Both the position numbers and the translations under genes were made by a program. Source: Sphagnum compactum (lineage: Eukaryota). From it: a stretch of 64,000 bases of DNA. The stretch spans positions 1,426,001 to 1,490,000 of the forward strand of contig OZ234493.1 of assembly GCA_965153455.1 (NCBI GenBank), read 5' to 3'. Position 1 is the first letter of the stretch; every line of letters starts with the position of its first letter. The notes beneath the pieces are model-generated. The model was not told where the DNA came from. It made no database searches and was given only the letters and a program-made list of their open reading frames with translations. Below are positions 62,429 through 64,000 of this stretch, piece by piece.

Positions 62429-64000
62429 GTGGGATGTTATTGTCTTTGGAATCACTTTCTAATGGATGCATCTCTTGCGGCCGTTGGCAACCTTGTGGTC
62501 AACCAACTGATGGAGCGTGAGGCGGCCGCGGCTGTCACAGCCAAGGCTACTTCTGCGAAAGAGCCCAAGTGGACCACAATGATGGTCAAGAATGTGCGCC
62601 AGGTGGTCAGCCGGGCTATGGAGACCCTAGCCGACGCGCCCAAACAGGAGGAGCGCAAGCTCAACTTGCGCCTCACGGGTTTTGAGGCCAAGAAGGGCGA
62701 GACCGAAAAATAGTTGGTGCAGTGGTTCAACACAGAGTTGTTGCAAGGGCAAATGAGGTTGCGCGCCAAGGTTGTCATCGCCACGCGGCAGCGACCTGCG
62801 ACCGCGCGAGCCTCCACTTCGACAACGGGTGCGCGCCTCGGTGTGATGTTGCTCAAATTCGCAACAAGCGAAGACTGCCAGGCCGCGCTACGAGGGCGCA
62901 AAAGCCTGGCGGGGACCAAACTAGGCCTAGACGAGGACTTCACGCTCGCGCAATAGGTGCTCAAGTCGCAGCTATGGCCGCTGTTCAAGGAGGCCGAGGC
63001 GGCAGGCAAGCGCGCCTTCTGGCGCACAGCTGAGCTCTTCGTCAACGGCACTCGGATTTGCCCACCTTCCTTTATCTAAGGCCACGGGGACCAGAGAGAC
63101 CTATGCATGGTATTGTGGAACATGCACGGGGGTGGTGTAAATAAACTAAAATGAGGGTGCAAATACTAGAGCTATTTCAGGATGCTGACCTTGTCTTATT
63201 AACCGAAACCTGGCACTTCCCATGCCAACATTTGCCACACGTTGAAGGGTTTGACTCGCAGTAGCGCGCACTATGTAGCCGGGAAGAACAAAAGCGATAA
63301 AACATAACGGGGGGGTTGCCGCTTACTTTCACAGCCACCTCGGCCCAAACCTGTCACAATGGAAGGAAGGAAGCCATGATTTTTATCTATGGCTACGGGT
63401 CAGCGAGGGTGCTGCTCCTGACTTGTATGTCTGCGTGGTGTATGCTGCCCTTGTTGGCTCTAAACACCAAAACGAATCCTTGTTCCAAAACCTGGCAGCA
63501 GATATTGCTGAAGTTTAAACTCTAGGGGGCATATTATTATTGGGAGGGGATTTTAATGCACGAACTGCAACATTACCAGATACCATCGACACTAGCGACC
63601 TTTGTGAACTATTACAGGCACCTGAGTTCGTTCAGACTGAGTAACCAAGTGCTGTGGCTAAGTGACAGAACCGCGACGCTAGTGTTGGCGGCTAGGGCCG
63701 CGAGTTCCTGGACCTATGTTCTGACACTGGGTTGCTCATCTTCAACGGCCGGACACTTTGACGATGAATCAGGGGAGTTCACTTGCATGGCAAATGGGGG
63801 GCGTAGCATTGTCGATTATATTGTTGGCTCACTTGCAATTTGGCAAGCTGCTACACACCTCGAGGTGATAATAGATGACACCTGCTATTGCGCGATGGGG
63901 GGAGACTCTGACCACAGGCCGTTACGCCTACGGTTGAGCATCGATTGTAGCTTTGTTGAGCCACAACATACAGTTGTAACAAAAAAATTCTTACCTAGGT
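62429..64000 (+). mobile_element. Decayed non-LTR retrotransposon (LINE): ORF1 remnant plus 5' part of ORF2 (AP endonuclease); continues beyond the window
   Basis: ORF1-like frame 62429-63079 with in-frame TAGs at 62711 and 62954. From about 63103, endonuclease motifs broken by stops and frameshifts: VLWN, LVLLTETWH, GGVA, LGGDFNART (about 63540), GLLIFNGR, FTC...SIVDY, SDHRPL (63907). Confidence 0.88.

Overview
Eukaryotic, intron-containing land-plant genomic DNA. The style (decayed PLS-type PPR, polyQ-rich proteins, AT-rich decayed repeats) suggests a bryophyte such as a peat moss, but that is inference. Six protein genes can be built by hand with canonical GT-AG introns or as single ORFs: a partial SET-domain lysine methyltransferase (-), an intronless U-box/ARM E3 ligase (-), a ~2630-aa POWERDRESS/NCoR-like SANT protein (-), a plastid glucose-6-phosphate/phosphate translocator (+), 20S proteasome beta-2/PBB (-) and an intronless AIP2-like RING-H2 ligase (-). 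The window also holds a decayed PLS-PPR pseudogene, a decayed LINE running off the right edge, two Helitron-like elements (one with four stacked 3' ends), MITE-like elements, a 31-bp minisatellite and an AT-rich gene desert of about 16 kb. I found no prokaryotic-type system (CRISPR, defence island) and no clearly new multi-gene system. The most unusual observations are a third SANT domain in the PWR-like protein, a tandem duplication of one of its splice donors that could create an in-frame micro-exon, the concatemeric Helitron, and a GC-rich LINE with an ORF1 atypical of seed plants.
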